DNA of 64,000 bases from Vicugna vicugna. Lineage: Eukaryota. The notes below the pieces were generated by a model. That model was not told the origin of the DNA and did no database searches. It saw only the letters and a program-made list of their open reading frames with translations. Location: assembly GCA_013265495.1 (NCBI GenBank), contig MU058059.1:1364001-1428000 (forward strand), in the 5' to 3' direction. Every line of letters starts with the position of its first letter. Positions within the stretch are counted from its first letter, which is position 1. Shown here piece after piece: positions 50,560 through 64,000 of this stretch. Made by a program: the position numbers and the translations under genes.

Positions 50560-53550
50560 ATACTTCTACCAGGCTTAGGCTTCTGGACATGACAGAGCGT
50601 CCTTTCCCAGAAATAACTATAAAAGTGGACAAAATACTTGAAATGACGATTTTAGACACTGGACAACAGCATAAAAACATAATTCCCAAGTGCACTAGGA
50701 TGAGCCCTGAATGTCAGCCTGGAGACCATGTCTTCAGGACAGCACAGGGAAGAGAAACATAAAAAAGCAGTCAGGCTGCGCTAAGGAGACAGAGCTTGCA
50801 GTTCAGAGCTGGTGAAGCAGCTGGGAATTGGAGGACAAAGACTGGAGATGACAGAGCTACAAGAAGAGGCCCCAGGAGTCTAAGTGGGTTATCCACCAGA
50901 CCCTGGCCAATGGCTGGACTGCACATATGCAAGGTGAGATGAGGTGAAGCCAAGCAGAGAGCAACAGACACCAAGCTGAGATAAGACAAGACAGCAGAGG
51001 ACACACATCACTGGGAGAGTAGCGAGACCTCAATAATGCCCTGAGAATTCGACTGAGACACCAAAACGGCCATACTTTTGGAGAAGGAACCATGTCCTGG
51101 AGTAAGGGCTGTTTAAGACCAGCCCTACAAAAGGTTAAAATCAAGCCTTGACAAGATTAAGAACCACCAGTAATTAACTGTCTGATAAAACAAACTACCC
51201 TTTTTAAAGGAAGATAAATACTCCCAACTCTGTACACTGTGTCATTCATAATGTCCAACACAGAATAAAAATTTACCAGACACGCAAAGGAGCAGGCAAC
51301 GTGAGCCACACTCAGTTTGTTAAAAAGCAGTCAACAGAAAGAGACCCTACGATGACCCCAATGTTCAAATTAGCAGACAAGGACTTCAAATAACTGTCAA
51401 GATAGGTTGAAGCATTTAAAGAGAAAACAGTCTTGATGAGGGAACAGACAGGGAATCTTGGCAGGGAAATGGAAACTGTAAAAGAGGAACAATGGAAAGT
51501 CTACAACTGAAAAGCAAAATATCTGAAAAAAAGTTTCTGGATGGGCTTCACAGATTGGAAGTGGCAGAAAAAAGGGTGAGTGAACACGAAAACAGATTCA
51601 CAGCAAGTATTCATCTCATGTACACACAATAAAATATTTTAAAAATGAATAGAGCATAGGTGCTTGTGAGATATCAACTTTTCTAACACATATGTATTTG
51701 GAGTCCAGAAGGAGAGGAGAGAAAAAGGAGTATAAATAATGGCCAAACAAGACAAAGGTTGAAAGAATAATGTCAAAAACCTTCCTATTTTGGCCAAAGA
51801 TGCCAATTTACAAGCTGAAGAAGAATGGCAAAATCAAAGCATAATAAATACAAAGGAAATAAAAACCAGGCAAATCACAGTCAAACTACTGAAAGTGAAA
51901 GATGAAGGAAAAAGCCCTGAAAACAGTCAGAGCAGCACAACACGTCACACACAGAGGAACCGTGACAGGGGAGTCAGCCAACCTCACATCAGAGACGGCA
52001 GAGGCAGACAGTGAAGTGACACCGTCAAAGCACTGAGACAAAAAAACTGTCAAACTAAGGTTTAAAATCTTACAACGATACCCTTCAGAAGGGAGTAAAA
52101 TAAAGGAATTTTCAGAAAAACCAAAACTGAAAAAGTAGTTGCCTACAGCTGTGCACTACGAGAAATACTGCAGGAAGTATTTCAGGCTAAAGGTAAACAC
52201 TACCGGAGGGAACCACAGTTTGGGGGGAAAACAAAAGTTGGAAGACCCATTCTATCTGATTTCCACAATTACTAAAAGCATCATCGCGAAGGCAGTGCTG
52301 TTCTGGCACAAGGATAGGCAAATCTGTACTGGAACAGAATACTGTACATAAACTGACTCACAAATATATAGTCAATTGCTTTTCAACAAATATTTCCAGG
52401 ACAGTCAACGAGGAAAGGCTGGTCTTTTCGACAAATGGTCCTGGAGCCACTGGATACCCATCTGTGGGGAAGAAATGAACCAGCTGGCATCTACCTCACA
52501 TCCCACATACAAACTAATGTGAAATGGATTATAGATCTAAACATAAAAGCTAAAACCAGCACAGTCAAGAAGAAAACTTAAGGTAAGATACTCACAATAC
52601 TCAGATACTCAAGCACTTCACACGAACAGCACTAGCCACAAGAGAATAAAGTGATAAATTCAATTTCATCATAATAAAACCCATATTCTTCAAAATCATC
52701 ATTAATAAAAAGGAAAACTAAGCCACAGACATTTATTTATAATGCCCTTATCCTAGAAAACACCTGACAACCCACTAAATAATGGGTGAAAAGCTTGAAG
52801 ACTCTTTAAAAAAAAGAAGATTCATGAATGGCCCACAAGGAAATTTTTAAACTCCTCAACATCTCTATTCATAAGACAAACCCAAATGACCCACCTGGCA
52901 GCTTAAATGACCGACACCCATTACCGCCGAGGCTGCGGCTCTCCGAGAACACGCACACAATGTCGGTGGGGCTGTAACACTGTACAAGCACTTTAGAAGA
53001 CGGTCTGCTACTATTAAATTGTAAATTTAAACATGTGCCTACTCGGTGATTCCTGGAAATTCCACCCAAAACAGATGAAAATGCAAAGCTGTGTAAACAA
53101 GTGTTCCTGGCGGCTTCATTCATAATAGTCCAAACCTGAAAGCAGCCCAAATGCCCAAGAACAGGTGAATATCCATTCACAAACAGGTGTGGTATATGCA
53201 TAAAATGAATACTAGTCACCAGTAAACAAGGATGGACTGTTTACACACATACGAGTGTGTATCAGAGACATCACGTTGAGCAAAAGGGGACAGACACAGG
53301 AGAACATGTGCTGTATGCTTCCGTGTATGTGAAGTCTGACCAGCCACAGAAATCACACCCTGGTTGTCCGGGAGGGAGCGGGGAGCAGGACTGACTGCAG
53401 CGGAGCACCAAGGAGCCTTCTGTGGTATGGGAAACACTCCAAGTCTTGACTGGGGTGGTGGCTGAATAGGATATGCGTTTCTCAACCTCATCAAAATCCA
53501 CTCCTAAAATCTGTACATTTCCTCATTTGTAAATCGCATCTCAACAGTTA
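50560..53550 (+). mobile_element. Ancient L1M element: 5'UTR, decayed ORF1, large internal deletion, ORF2 3' part and 3'UTR
   Basis: ORF1p-like MAKDANLQAEEEWQNQSIINTKEIKTRQITVKLLKVKD; ORF2-like KAVLFWHKDRQI and ttcataatagtccaaacctgaaagcagcccaaatgccc; L1ME/MB-like 3'UTR to about 53545. Confidence 0.85.
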
Positions 53551-53984
53551 CGAACGTTCAAAATATTTCTACATTCAGCTGCTGGCACACAGGGCTGGCT
53601 GCTCTGATCCTTTACTGTATTTATTTATGGTGATGTGTCAGCACTCTGGACACAGCCAAACCCCATCTCTGCTGCCCCCACGATTCTTAGCACCTTGGTT
53701 TACACACTGTGAACCCTCGAAACCCATCAGCTGAATAAGATGCAGGACGGTAATTATTGCCCCTCGCTGTTCCTTTGGACAGTTGGAAAACAAGCAGTTA
53801 GATATCGAGGAACACCAGAGCTAACTTTAATGCTCAGTCATAACAATTTTATTAGCCTAAGTGATTAATATACTTGTTTGCTCCTGCTATATGGTTTTTA
53901 AATTTTTAATTTCCATTTTAACAGACTTATTGGATATGTGTACTTTATTGTCAGAGGCATCAAATCTATTTTAAAGGCTTATCT

Positions 53985-54038
53985 CTCCCCACCCCACCCT
54001 CACCATCCCTTTTGGTAACCGTAAGTTTGTTTTCTATA
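53985..54038 (-). mobile_element. Tiny L1 3'UTR fragment
   Basis: ccccaccccaccctcaccatcccttttggtaaccgtaagtttgttttctat, reverse complement of the laurasiatherian L1 3'UTR motif. Confidence 0.6.
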
Positions 54039-54849
54039 GAAATCACATTAAAAAAAAAAAACTACACATCCCAGATTACTCTGTTGAAGATGGTTTTTGG
54101 ATAAAACTTTGTGAAATGCTTCTTTAGGGCATCACCATGGCAACACATTGTTAATCAACTGAACTTGGCATCAAACTCTAAATTATGTCCAAAGCAATCA
54201 AAATAACTTTTCAAAAAGTCATAGACATTTTTAATTTTTAAGACGAGTACAAGAGAAACCTGGCTGAAGGCCTAATGCAGAGGACATTCAACTCCAAATA
54301 TTTCCATTTGTGATAAATGTCTATATAAAGTTTCCATTTCTCTATTTCTATGGTTACTGTTACTGTAACAAATACAATTAGTTTTTCCCATAAAATATGT
54401 TTTCCCCATAAGATTCCCACAAGAAATAAAAATGCCAAATTTCTAACAGAATCCCCAGGGCTTTAATCCTTAAGAAATCTTAAAATATTTCATCAGAGTT
54501 GGGCATAAAACAGCCCCATTCGGGGCTCCAGGACCACAAATGTGTGGGTCACGTCTCAGGAAGAAAAACCTCCTTCATAAACAGGGTGAGGACAAACGAT
54601 CTCAAAAGCAGTTTATGGCTGTAACCAACAAATACGCTCAGAAGCTCTGCTGTAAGATTTACAAAGTGTCAAGCAGAGGTGGCCCCCGCTGCCCGGTCCT
54701 CGCTCCTGTACAGGCCGGTCCCTCTGCCCCTTCCCCGGCCGCACCCCCGCCCCACACAGGACCGCCGCCCTCACAGTGGACTCTGCTTCAGTGTGCGCCC
54801 TCCTCTGTTCTGACATGGATTTCCACTGAGGATATGAAATCACACACTG

Positions 54850-55000
54850 CAGGCTACCTAGCAGGTGTTTCAGGTTCAGTCGCAGATCACCGCAATAAAG
54901 CTGAGTACTGCAATAAACTGAGTCACACCAATTTTCTGGTTTCCCAGTGCATATAAAACTTGTGTTTGCGCTATATTGTCGTCTATTAAGTGTACAACAG
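54850..55000 (-). mobile_element. Tigger1 terminal fragment (TcMar-Tigger)
   Basis: caggctacctagcagg...caccgcaataaagctgagtactgcaataaactgagtcacaccaattttctggtttcccagtgcatataaaa...gtctattaagtgt. Confidence 0.85.
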
Positions 55001-55009
55001 AATCCTAAC

Positions 55010-56450
55010 GCCTTCCTCCTGCCCCTGCTGTCACCGCTTCATTCACTTAATTTATCTGTAAGGACACATACACATACAGATGTGATATATTAAGTGGAAT
55101 ACAGAGTTGCTATTACTATTCGAACAAACGTCATCTGTTAGATCAGTTAAAAATGAGAAAAGGCAAGTTTTGATTTCTCTTCGCTTACTCCTTCTTCCAC
55201 GTCCTTCCTTCCTTGTAGAGCAGAGCTTCTACCGAGGTTTTCCTTCTCTCTGAAGAGTTTCTTCTAGCATCTCTTGCGAGGCAGGTGTCCTGGCAATGAA
55301 TTCCCTCAGTTGTCGTTTGTCTGAGAAAGTCTTTCCCTTCCCTCCAGCGGGCTGACTCTGCAGGGGGCAGAACTCCACGCTGGTGTTTTTATTCACGCGC
55401 CACTCCTCCTTCTTGCGTGGTTTCAGAGAAGTCAGAGGGGATTCTGAGCTTGGTCTTTCTGTTTGTAGAGGATTCTTTTTTTGCCCTGGCATCCTTCAGG
55501 ACTTCTTTTCATCTTTGGTATTCTGTAGTGGAAATGCCTAGACACAGCTTTTTTGGCGTTTATCCTGCTTGGTGCTCTCTGTGCTTCCTGGATCTGTGGT
55601 TTGCTGTTCAACATTAATTTGGGGAAATTCTCAGTTCAACTGTTTCAAATACTCCTTCTGTTCCTTCTCTCTTTCCTCTCCTTCTGGTGCTCCCATCACC
55701 CTCCTGTGGTTGTCCCACAGCCCTCGGGTCACTCTAGTTTTTTCCTTTGTTCTTTTCACTTCCCAGTTCTGGAGATTTCTACTGAGATATCCTCCAGCCC
55801 AGAGACTCTTCCCTTAGCAAGGTCCAGCCCCAGCAGGCCCACCAAAGGCATCCTGCACTCCCGTTGCCCTGCTTTTGTAATCTCTGGTACTGCTTGTTGG
55901 TTCTTAGGCTTCCCATCTCTCGGCTTATGCTGCCCAGCTGTTTTGGCACATGGTCTACTTTATCCAGTAGGACCTTTGACATATTAACAATGATTGTTCT
56001 AAATTTCTAATCTGATAATTCTAACATCCCAGTCATGGCTGGTTCCGATGTTTGCTCATCTTTTCAAACTGGTTTTTGCCTTTCGGTATACCTATTTTTT
56101 CATACTCAGCCATACGTATCAGATAAAAGAAACTGCTGTAAACAGGCCTTAACTACTGTGGTGGTGAGGGGCAGGGGGGAGGGCCGTAGCCTGCAGTCCT
56201 GTGATCTCATCTCATCTCATCTTTCAGAGCCCGAGCCCCTGGACAGTGAACGTCATCATGTTCCTCAGCTTTGTTCCCTCACTCAGGTGAGTCAGGATGG
56301 CCAGACCTGGCTGGAGTTGGGTGTCCCCTGCCTCCAAGTTCTGATACGCCCCAGTAGGTTAGGCTCTGGTTAGCTAGTCTCCCCTGCGGGCCAGCCTTGG
56401 TAAGGACAGCATGAGGATAGTTCAGAATGGTTCCTTTCCCTCCCCCACGC
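55010..56450 (-). mobile_element. Ancient L1M 5' half (ORF1 remnant), reverse
   Basis: Minus ORFs QIQEAQRAPSRINAKKAVSRH and KTFSDKRQLREFIARTPASQEMLEETLQ match L1 ORF1p RRM/CTD motifs. Confidence 0.85.
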
Positions 56451-59400
56451 AGACACGGCTAGAGATGGACAAGGGGAGGCAGTGTGGGAGCCAGACGCAC
56501 AAGTGACCAGCTCAGGAAAGGGCAGAGGCAGTGTCCCCTGAGGCCCCTGTGAGCGGTTGGTATGGCACAGCCACAGGGCTGAGAAGCCACAGGGTGATCA
56601 GAAAGGGGACCCCAGATTCTCTGGTAAAGCAGAGGCCCTGTCACCTGCTGAGGGAGAGGACGGAACAAGACAGAATGGCCCGTCGGACAGCAAATTGGAA
56701 ACCAAACCGGCAAAGGCGCCGTTTTTCCCGTGGAAGTCTTGGTCTCCAGGGGACGGAGGTCTGGAGAGGGTCCAGTGCCTACAGACACGGCCTGAGGAAG
56801 CAGCCAGCCCTCCCGGCTCTGCAGGGGGAGCCCCAGGGAGAGGGGGTGGGCAGGTGCGGGGTCTGGGCGAGGCTGCAGAGCGGGAACCAGCAGGGATTGC
56901 CAAGCAGATGGAAGACCCTGCTCGCAAACTGATTTCAGACTTGAAAACCTTACAGACAGAGCCACAGGCATGATGCCACGCGCCAGGGCGGAGCGATGGG
57001 GGCCGGGAGCAGGGAGCAGGGACAGGACACGCTGGGAACACTGGCATCAACAGTTCTGCCTTCTGTGCTCCAACCTGGGTCACCCACGACAGGGTGGAAA
57101 AGTCGTTTGTTCAGAAAACTGGTATTACTGTCTATTCACACTCAGAGCAAACGCCTGTGGGACCCCGATGCTTATTTTTAGCAAATACATTAGAGGTACC
57201 ATTTTTTAAATGGCTTATTTAGTCTCTTTACCAAAAAACAAAAACCTTGTATTTCACTCCATTATTACTCAATTCAAAGGTTTTTTATCTAAAAAGTCAA
57301 ATCGTAATAGATGAAGATCTTGGCTCTATTTCAACATTAATATCTTCACCGACTAGGTTTCATTTCCATACTGATCGCGTTCATGCCCTACAAAGTACAC
57401 TGGGTCATTCAAATAAACGTACATGGTTTCTAAAGAACAAGGCGACTGAGCTCAACACTGCTATGAATTTACAATTCTGCACCACTTGCTCACATTTACA
57501 TGTACCGGCCGCTGTGAAACAGGTAATCCAGCCAGTTGGCTGCAGGAGCCTTCTCCTCTTTTCATGTAGAACTAAGTAATTAGCTCAATCCAATGAGTGC
57601 ATTCTGAAAACAGATTAAATTTCCAGAGAAAATAAATAATATTCAAGCCAGTGAATAACTTTCAAGTGACAGAGGAGAATGAATGTTTGTAATTAACACG
57701 TTTGCTCACATTTTCTGACATTTTTGTTTGTAACTCAGTATCAAAAATCTAAATTATTTCTGCTGGAAATTTATGAGTTGCCCACAGGGCTCCTGGTACA
57801 GAAAAAAATTTTTCACAGCTTGGCTTTTGCCCTCTAAAACTTTGCACGCCACATAGCTTAACATAATGTGAATTAAAGCGTCACATTGGGGTCTCCTTTT
57901 CGGAACCTGTGGGTGAAGGTGAGGCAGGGTGCGGAGGCGGGTCACACTCCCAGCATGTGGAGCGCTCGTGAACGCGCTTTAAACCCTCTCCGATCAGCAC
58001 AAACTCGCTGGACAGCTCCTGACGCCTGCTCTTTGGCGGCAAGCACACCGGGAAGAACGAGGACAAAGCAGCCCTCCCAGCTTGGCCAGAGCCTACAGGG
58101 CTCGCTGCGCTGCTCTGGGGACCGAGGAGAGAAGACATGCACCCACTCAGCGTCCTCCCGTTGAGCTTTCCAAAGTTAAGTCACAGAGACGAAAAAAGAT
58201 TTGTGCCTATTCAAATTCCTCCCACTGGAAAAAATCCAAGAAATTCTGCAGTTTTACCTTTTAAGAATTTTAGGCAACAGTTAAGAGTTAAATTCTCAAC
58301 ACACAGCGAGCAGCTTCACGCTTTACTGAACCTCAGGAGCACATCCGCCCACGCTGCCACCGCAACAAGTAAATACCCCGTAACTCAGGTGTAAGGAAAC
58401 TGACTCTGAGGTTATCTGAACAAGCCCGGCCCCCTCGAGGGGGTGGGTGATGGTCGCAGCAGCCCACTCACCTCTAAAAACTGGACTAAATGCCGTATTT
58501 GGGACAGAAAGCCACATCGTAGGCTGCCGAATGCCACCATAGTCATCTTTGCCATTTCTTTAAAAAATTATTTTTCAGTTAAGTGACAGCTATGGCATCA
58601 TAGTTATTACCAGTTTAAGAGCAAGCATGGTGGGAAGTGGCCCATTTAATTAATTACAGTCCACATGCTGTGCAGCCTGAATAATGGTGCATCCCCATCA
58701 CTCCAGCAAAACAGAGCATCTAACAGGAAGGTTTCTATTTCTCCACTCTACGTGCTCCTGATCTTAGCTTGGAACCACCAAGTCGGATCGCCCTGAAGGA
58801 CCAGTAGGGAAGACAGAGGCCCCCAGACGAGAAGTCTGCAGTAAAGGTACAGCGGACACAGGCAACCAGGACAACTACGAGGAACCCCAATCACCCCCCC
58901 GGCACTAGGTGGGCAGGTGAGCGAAGCCCTCACCACCGAAGCAGAGAGCAGCTCCTCCCAACGCAGGGCGGTGGGAGCACCACCGTCCTTGCAGAACAGA
59001 CCCACGTGGAATCCAAGTTCCGCTTCTTGCTGGCCAAGCGACCTTGGGTGTGATGCCTCTGAAGTCCTCACTGCAGAATGGAGGGAAGGATGCCAAACCT
59101 CCCCAAGAGCAGGGTTTCCTAGCTGTGAGCTGTCACGTCTGAAGGTGCTGGGACAGAGCAGGTACCAGCAATGGGGGGTTGTGGACGATAATATCATCGT
59201 GAAGATGGGGGGAAAAAGGACTCTTTAGAAGTGACAGTGACATGAGGTTGGGAATACAGTGCATCAGGAGACCGTGGCCTGAGGTTCAGTCCATCAGCCA
59301 CCAATGCCTGTTCAGGCAGCGGAGAGCAAGCCCACCTGAGCTGGGAGAGAGGCTGCCGGCCACAGTGGTGGGGGTCCAGGGAGGGAGGGCAGGTTCTCAT

Positions 59401-61003
59401 CAGGTCTCAGACCCCCTGTCCCCGGGATGTGCGGAAGCCCTGGGACCCGAGCACTGGGAGATGGGGCGTCTAACCCTCTCCTCTGGCTGGGGGCTGGGTC
59501 ACTCACGTGCACAACGCTGGGTAAGGCTGAGCTAACGGATCTGCCAGGGCCCTCTGTCCGGCGGTAAGTGACACACGCGGCCAGAAGCCCCTGTCACGAC
59601 ACTGTGACAGGACCCCCTGGGGCAGACACCCTGGGATGAGTCAACCTCTCCTACCTCTCAGACTGCTGCAGAAACAGACACACCCGTGCATGCAGACAGC
59701 AAATCAGAAAAGCCTCAGCGACACTTCTGCAGTTGAAAAATGGCTGAAATTTATTTTTGTTATGAAAACATTACTTTAGGGATAAAATATTTGGTTGCTG
59801 AGGAGAAAACATTTTTAAAATCCCACACAATCCCGCTCCTTCTCAGTTGAGTTTCTGCAGATGCCTACTGCTTATCTGACTGACCTTATTAGCTATTCCG
59901 TAAAGCCTGCTTTCCCTGCGCTAGAAAAACAGAATGGAGTTTTAAAGAACGCGTTGCAAACCACCCCACAGCGGACAGCACGACCATACGCGCTGGTGGA
60001 CACTGACGGCCAGCAGACCAGAGGCCGCGCGGGCCTCCTCCTCGCCCCAGCAGGCGGCCCGGCTGGCCTCCTCCTCCAGCCCACGCGCCCCTCTGCCGCG
60101 CCCTCACCCCACTCCGGCTCCGCCACGCGTTTCTCCGTATCTGCTCCCCGGACACACGGTGACCAAGACACGCCCAGAGCACACAGCGTGGGGTCAGCAT
60201 CACTGGTCACTGCAGTGATGGCTACTCCCCCCCGCCCCCTCCAAGGGCAAGACTTACCCAACCCGACCTAACCTGGAGACCCACTTCAAAACCCAGGAAC
60301 TCGGCACTACTCTCAGTATATACTACATACTCTAATCTTTACTGAAATTCCGAGTCTTTTGCCCTATTTCTGCTCCTTGTGTCATATTCTGACCACTGGC
60401 TGTGTAGTGAGTATTTTTAAAGAAATGAGTAACTGTGGGTCTAAAAACACTAGTTTCTATTGTGTTTTTGTCTCATGTGTCCCTTGGTCTGCTTCTCCCT
60501 TTCAGCCACTTGCTTTGAGCTTCAGTAAATTCAGAGCCACTCCAAAGAGTCCAAACTTTAATATTCGACAAATCAGTAAAAACTGAAAGGAGACCACCAT
60601 GTGTTGTAAGAAGTATTAAATGAAGGTCCCTCGTCCTTCTTAGCGGACAGGACACCAAGTGACTGAGGAGTCTGCTGGTCCCCACAGCCCTGGAGGGTGA
60701 TTGTTAACTTGCAGACAGAGCCTGTCAGTCTGGTAAAGGCAGCCCCTGTTCTGTGGACCTTCCCAGCTCTAAAGACATGTTCTAGGATCCAGAATCTCTT
60801 CAACAGGTTTGTGCTATTTGCCAGTAATGTTAAAGACAGCAGAAACCTGACCGCCAGAGCCAAGCTGACAGGGAAGACGCCAGGGAGAAGGACAGATGAT
60901 CTCAAATCCAATGCGGGATTGTCTGGACCCTGGGGCAGCTGCTCGGCCCCCACGCCCGAGAGAGGGCTTCCCCAGGTGCAGGTGGACTGGCCACCAAATG
61001 CCC

Positions 61004-61208
61004 CAGGGCTGTACCGGCCATGACCGCAGCCACTCCGCACATGGCTATGTCATTCAAATTAATTAAACTTTAATATAATTAAAACTTCAGTTCTTCAGCC
61101 ACACCCACCACAGTTCCAACGCACAATAGGCCCACCGGGTGAGGCCACCTCACTGAAGACAGCAGACAGAATCTTCCACCATCATAGGAAGTTCTACTGG
61201 ATGGCAGT
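61004..61208 (-). mobile_element. MER3 hAT-Charlie MITE
   Basis: cacatggctatgtcattcaaattaattaaactttaatataattaaaacttcagttcttcagccacac...ccatcataggaagttctactgga. Confidence 0.8.
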
Positions 61209-62609
61209 ACCTTGGACGACGTGCTTCCTGTGCAGAGCCCAGCGGCAGCAAATACAGATGCAATTTCCCACGCAGACAAGGGGACAGTGTGGTCCTGAAA
61301 GAGGTCCACCGAGCCCTATCGCCATGAGATAGTAGGAACAGCGGGCTGGGTTCAGCCAGGCTCCCCACAGCCCTAAGCAGAGGGGGAGTCTGAAGGCCAA
61401 GCGGCGCACCCTGGAGACACAGGGGACCTCTATGGCCTTATTCTTGAATAAATGAAGTTTCTGGATACAACTGAAATGGAGACATGACAATAAGCCTCAG
61501 CAGGAGGGGTCACTGGTCAGCACCAAACTGGCTCATCGGTGGTGACGGGCGAATTATGATGAGTGATCAGAGCAAAGCCTGCCCCTGAGCTCCCACTGCC
61601 ACACTCAAGGCAGTCACAGAGCTTCAGCCCCCAGCGGGAGTGCTGGCAGAGGGGACAGCATCCCTGCAGGGGCAATGCCTCGGAAGGAACCTCATAGCAG
61701 CAAGCGTGGGGAAGGAGACTCCGAGAGCAGAGGCCTGGCTGTGGGCTCCCGAGGGCAGCACAGAGCACGTGGTGCACACGGCCTGTTCCTTCAGGAACCA
61801 CGGATGCAAGTGAGAAGCACTCAGTGCGGAGCCCAGAGGATGAGAGGATCCACGGGTAGCCTGTGCATCACAAGGTGGGACCATCTGGGGTGGGGGCTAT
61901 ATGCACTGAGTTCGACCAGGCTAACACCCTGACAGAGAAACACTTGGGCCCAGGCTGTCCGAGGAAACTGCCTCCATGTCTGGGATGCAGGGAGATCAAA
62001 CTGGGTTTCTGGAAGGAGGAGCTTAAGCCACGTGAAGGGAGCAGTCCCCAAAAAGCAACGACGCTTCGTGCGGCTGGCCGTCTTGGACACTGAAGCTACA
62101 TTTACTTTGAGAGAATGAGGTTATTATCACTAGGAAATCACTAGCAACCATCACTGTTCGGAAGTCCAATCGCTCATTATCCATTACGTACCCAACACCC
62201 CCGCAGCCCCGCTGTCTGCCGTGTGCCATTAGCCTAATGGCCTCATAATGGCTCTGCTCTGCTGACAGCTATCGCTGCCGTGAATCACTGTGTCAATATT
62301 CCTGGGAAAACGCGTCGTATACAATGAAATAACGCATGATTTCAGTTACTCAAACGTTCTATCATTCTCAGCCATGTTACAGCTGCCACATTGCCTATTA
62401 AAAGTGTATTAGTAGTAAAAGAAGCTTCGATTAAAATCCAATGTTCCATGTGGTATTATAAATACTCTTTTATGGGGAATTATGGAGAGGACATTGAGTT
62501 AATGCCAAGAGGTAATGCACATTCGTTTCGATAAGGAATAAGTAATTCTTAATAACAGTAATTTACTGCCAGTAAACAACCTATCGGTGCATTTTTACTT
62601 ACAACCTTC

Positions 62610-62780
62610 ACGCATTCATTTATTCATCCATTCATTCAGCAAGTGTTTATCTAGCCACCAGGAAGTGTCAAGGACCATTCCACAGGCATAGGGACACGGA
62701 GAGGACTTGGGTGATCAAGAGAGAAAAGTGCCTTCTCCGTGAGTTTACATTCCAGTCACAAAACAGATGATAAAGAAAAA
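62610..62780 (-). mobile_element. L2 3' end
   Basis: cattcatttattcatccattcattcagcaagtgtttatctagccacc...gagtttacattccagt. Confidence 0.8.
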
Positions 62781-64000
62781 CACAGGGCTGTGTAATCTAA
62801 GGTCAGGGACCTGTAAATCCTATGGTGAAAACTAAGTTCGTGTAAGGGAGGAATGAGCGCTTCAAAGGAGCAGGGTGCTCCCCCCAGCACAGCAGGCAGA
62901 AACTCTGCACATGTTCAGACACGGACGGGAGGCAGATGGGCCGTGGGGCTGGGCATCCCACTCTGTATCTTTCTGCCCTCCCCGTGAGTGAGAGGCACGG
63001 ACAGCCCTGGGAGGAGGAGGGTGTGGGCAGATGGGACAGGGAAAGAGCCTCGCTGGGGGACAGGAATGGGACCTGATGGGGAACTGGAGGATGGAGCAGA
63101 GTCACCAGAACAGGCTCAGGGTCCCGTGGAGACAGATTCAGTCAGACCCCTCGGAGGGGCTCTCTGTCCTCTCCAGCCACAGGCTTCAACCTGCCCTTAC
63201 TAAGAAGTTTGTAAACAGGAGACTGTTAGAGAATGGGGAACAAGCCCCCTTCCCGGGGCAGTGGGCCACAACAGAGGGCCACTCAGAGAAGGAGAAGAGG
63301 AAGCAAGTGCCAGCCTCGCAGCACTGGTGCCAGACACGCCAGCAACATCTGCTTGCCTGGAGGTTCTTGATGCGGAACTTTGGCACGTTCACATAGAACT
63401 GAGCGAAATTCACGTATTAGAAAAAGCGTGTCTACTGCCTTCACAAAGCAAATCTTTGCTGAAAACAACAGGGAAATGGAATTCCTCAATTTCCCTGGTT
63501 CTGTCGTGCCCACCCCTCACCCCACCCTGTACACAGTTCAACAATTATAAAATCCAGATGCTTCCATCCATGTGGAAGAACTCTGCCAAGAGCTGGTGGT
63601 TGAAGCCATCGCTCGATAGTTGTCACTGCCCACGCAGGTTCTGAGTACTGTCAGGTCCCCAAGAAAGAAACGAACGTGTGCTCTCAGAGGCCTGAGAGAG
63701 GCCAGCGAGGCCCACTCATGTCAGATAAAGGGCTCAACACTGCTTTCACCTGGACGAGAATTGTTAAAACTAAGCCCAAAGTCACTAGCCAAATCGCGGT
63801 GTTTTCCTAAAGTTTACAGCTCTCTCTAAGGTGAGAAAGGGTGGAAGAAGACAGGCCGGGGTGGGGGGGTCAGTCGAGGGCAGATATGCAGGACCTAGCT
63901 GGCCATTAATGTTGATTCCCTTTTACCTAAATGCTTGTGTTCTGGCCCACATTTCAGGCTCACTCCAGCACCTCTGCACAGCGTGGACTGGCAGGGTCCC

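Larger units (their letters stand above)
1..64000 (-). other. L3MBTL4: Window lies within the L3MBTL4 transcription unit (introns of about 19 kb and 21 kb between the three exons; flanking exons not found in the window)
   Basis: Three in-frame internal exons. No start exon, upstream MBT exon or SAM-domain exon recognised in the window. Confidence 0.85.

Overview
Mammalian genomic DNA, most likely a camelid (alpaca/camel). This is inferred from my recollection of the young L1 3'UTRs and from the absence of Alu, Bov-A/Bov-tA, PRE-1 and Can-SINE. The whole window lies inside the minus-strand gene L3MBTL4. Three internal coding exons (49139-49253, 30052-30154, 8907-9080) have canonical AG/GT ends and splice in frame. 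They encode the end of the last MBT repeat, the CCHHC zinc finger and the following linker. The rest is intron, filled with L1, L2, MIR, hAT/Tigger DNA transposon and LTR remnants plus simple repeats. Almost all ORFs in the supplied track are spurious. The most interesting unexplained structure is a cluster of three exon-like segments (14221-12959) in the intron that splits the zinc finger. Their phases chain into the known exons, but two carry stops, suggesting a decayed or poison cassette. A MIR-derived, UG-repeat-flanked candidate cryptic exon is at 10034-10159. No prokaryote-type system (CRISPR, operon) is present. Repeat family names come from recalled consensus sequences, not from a search.
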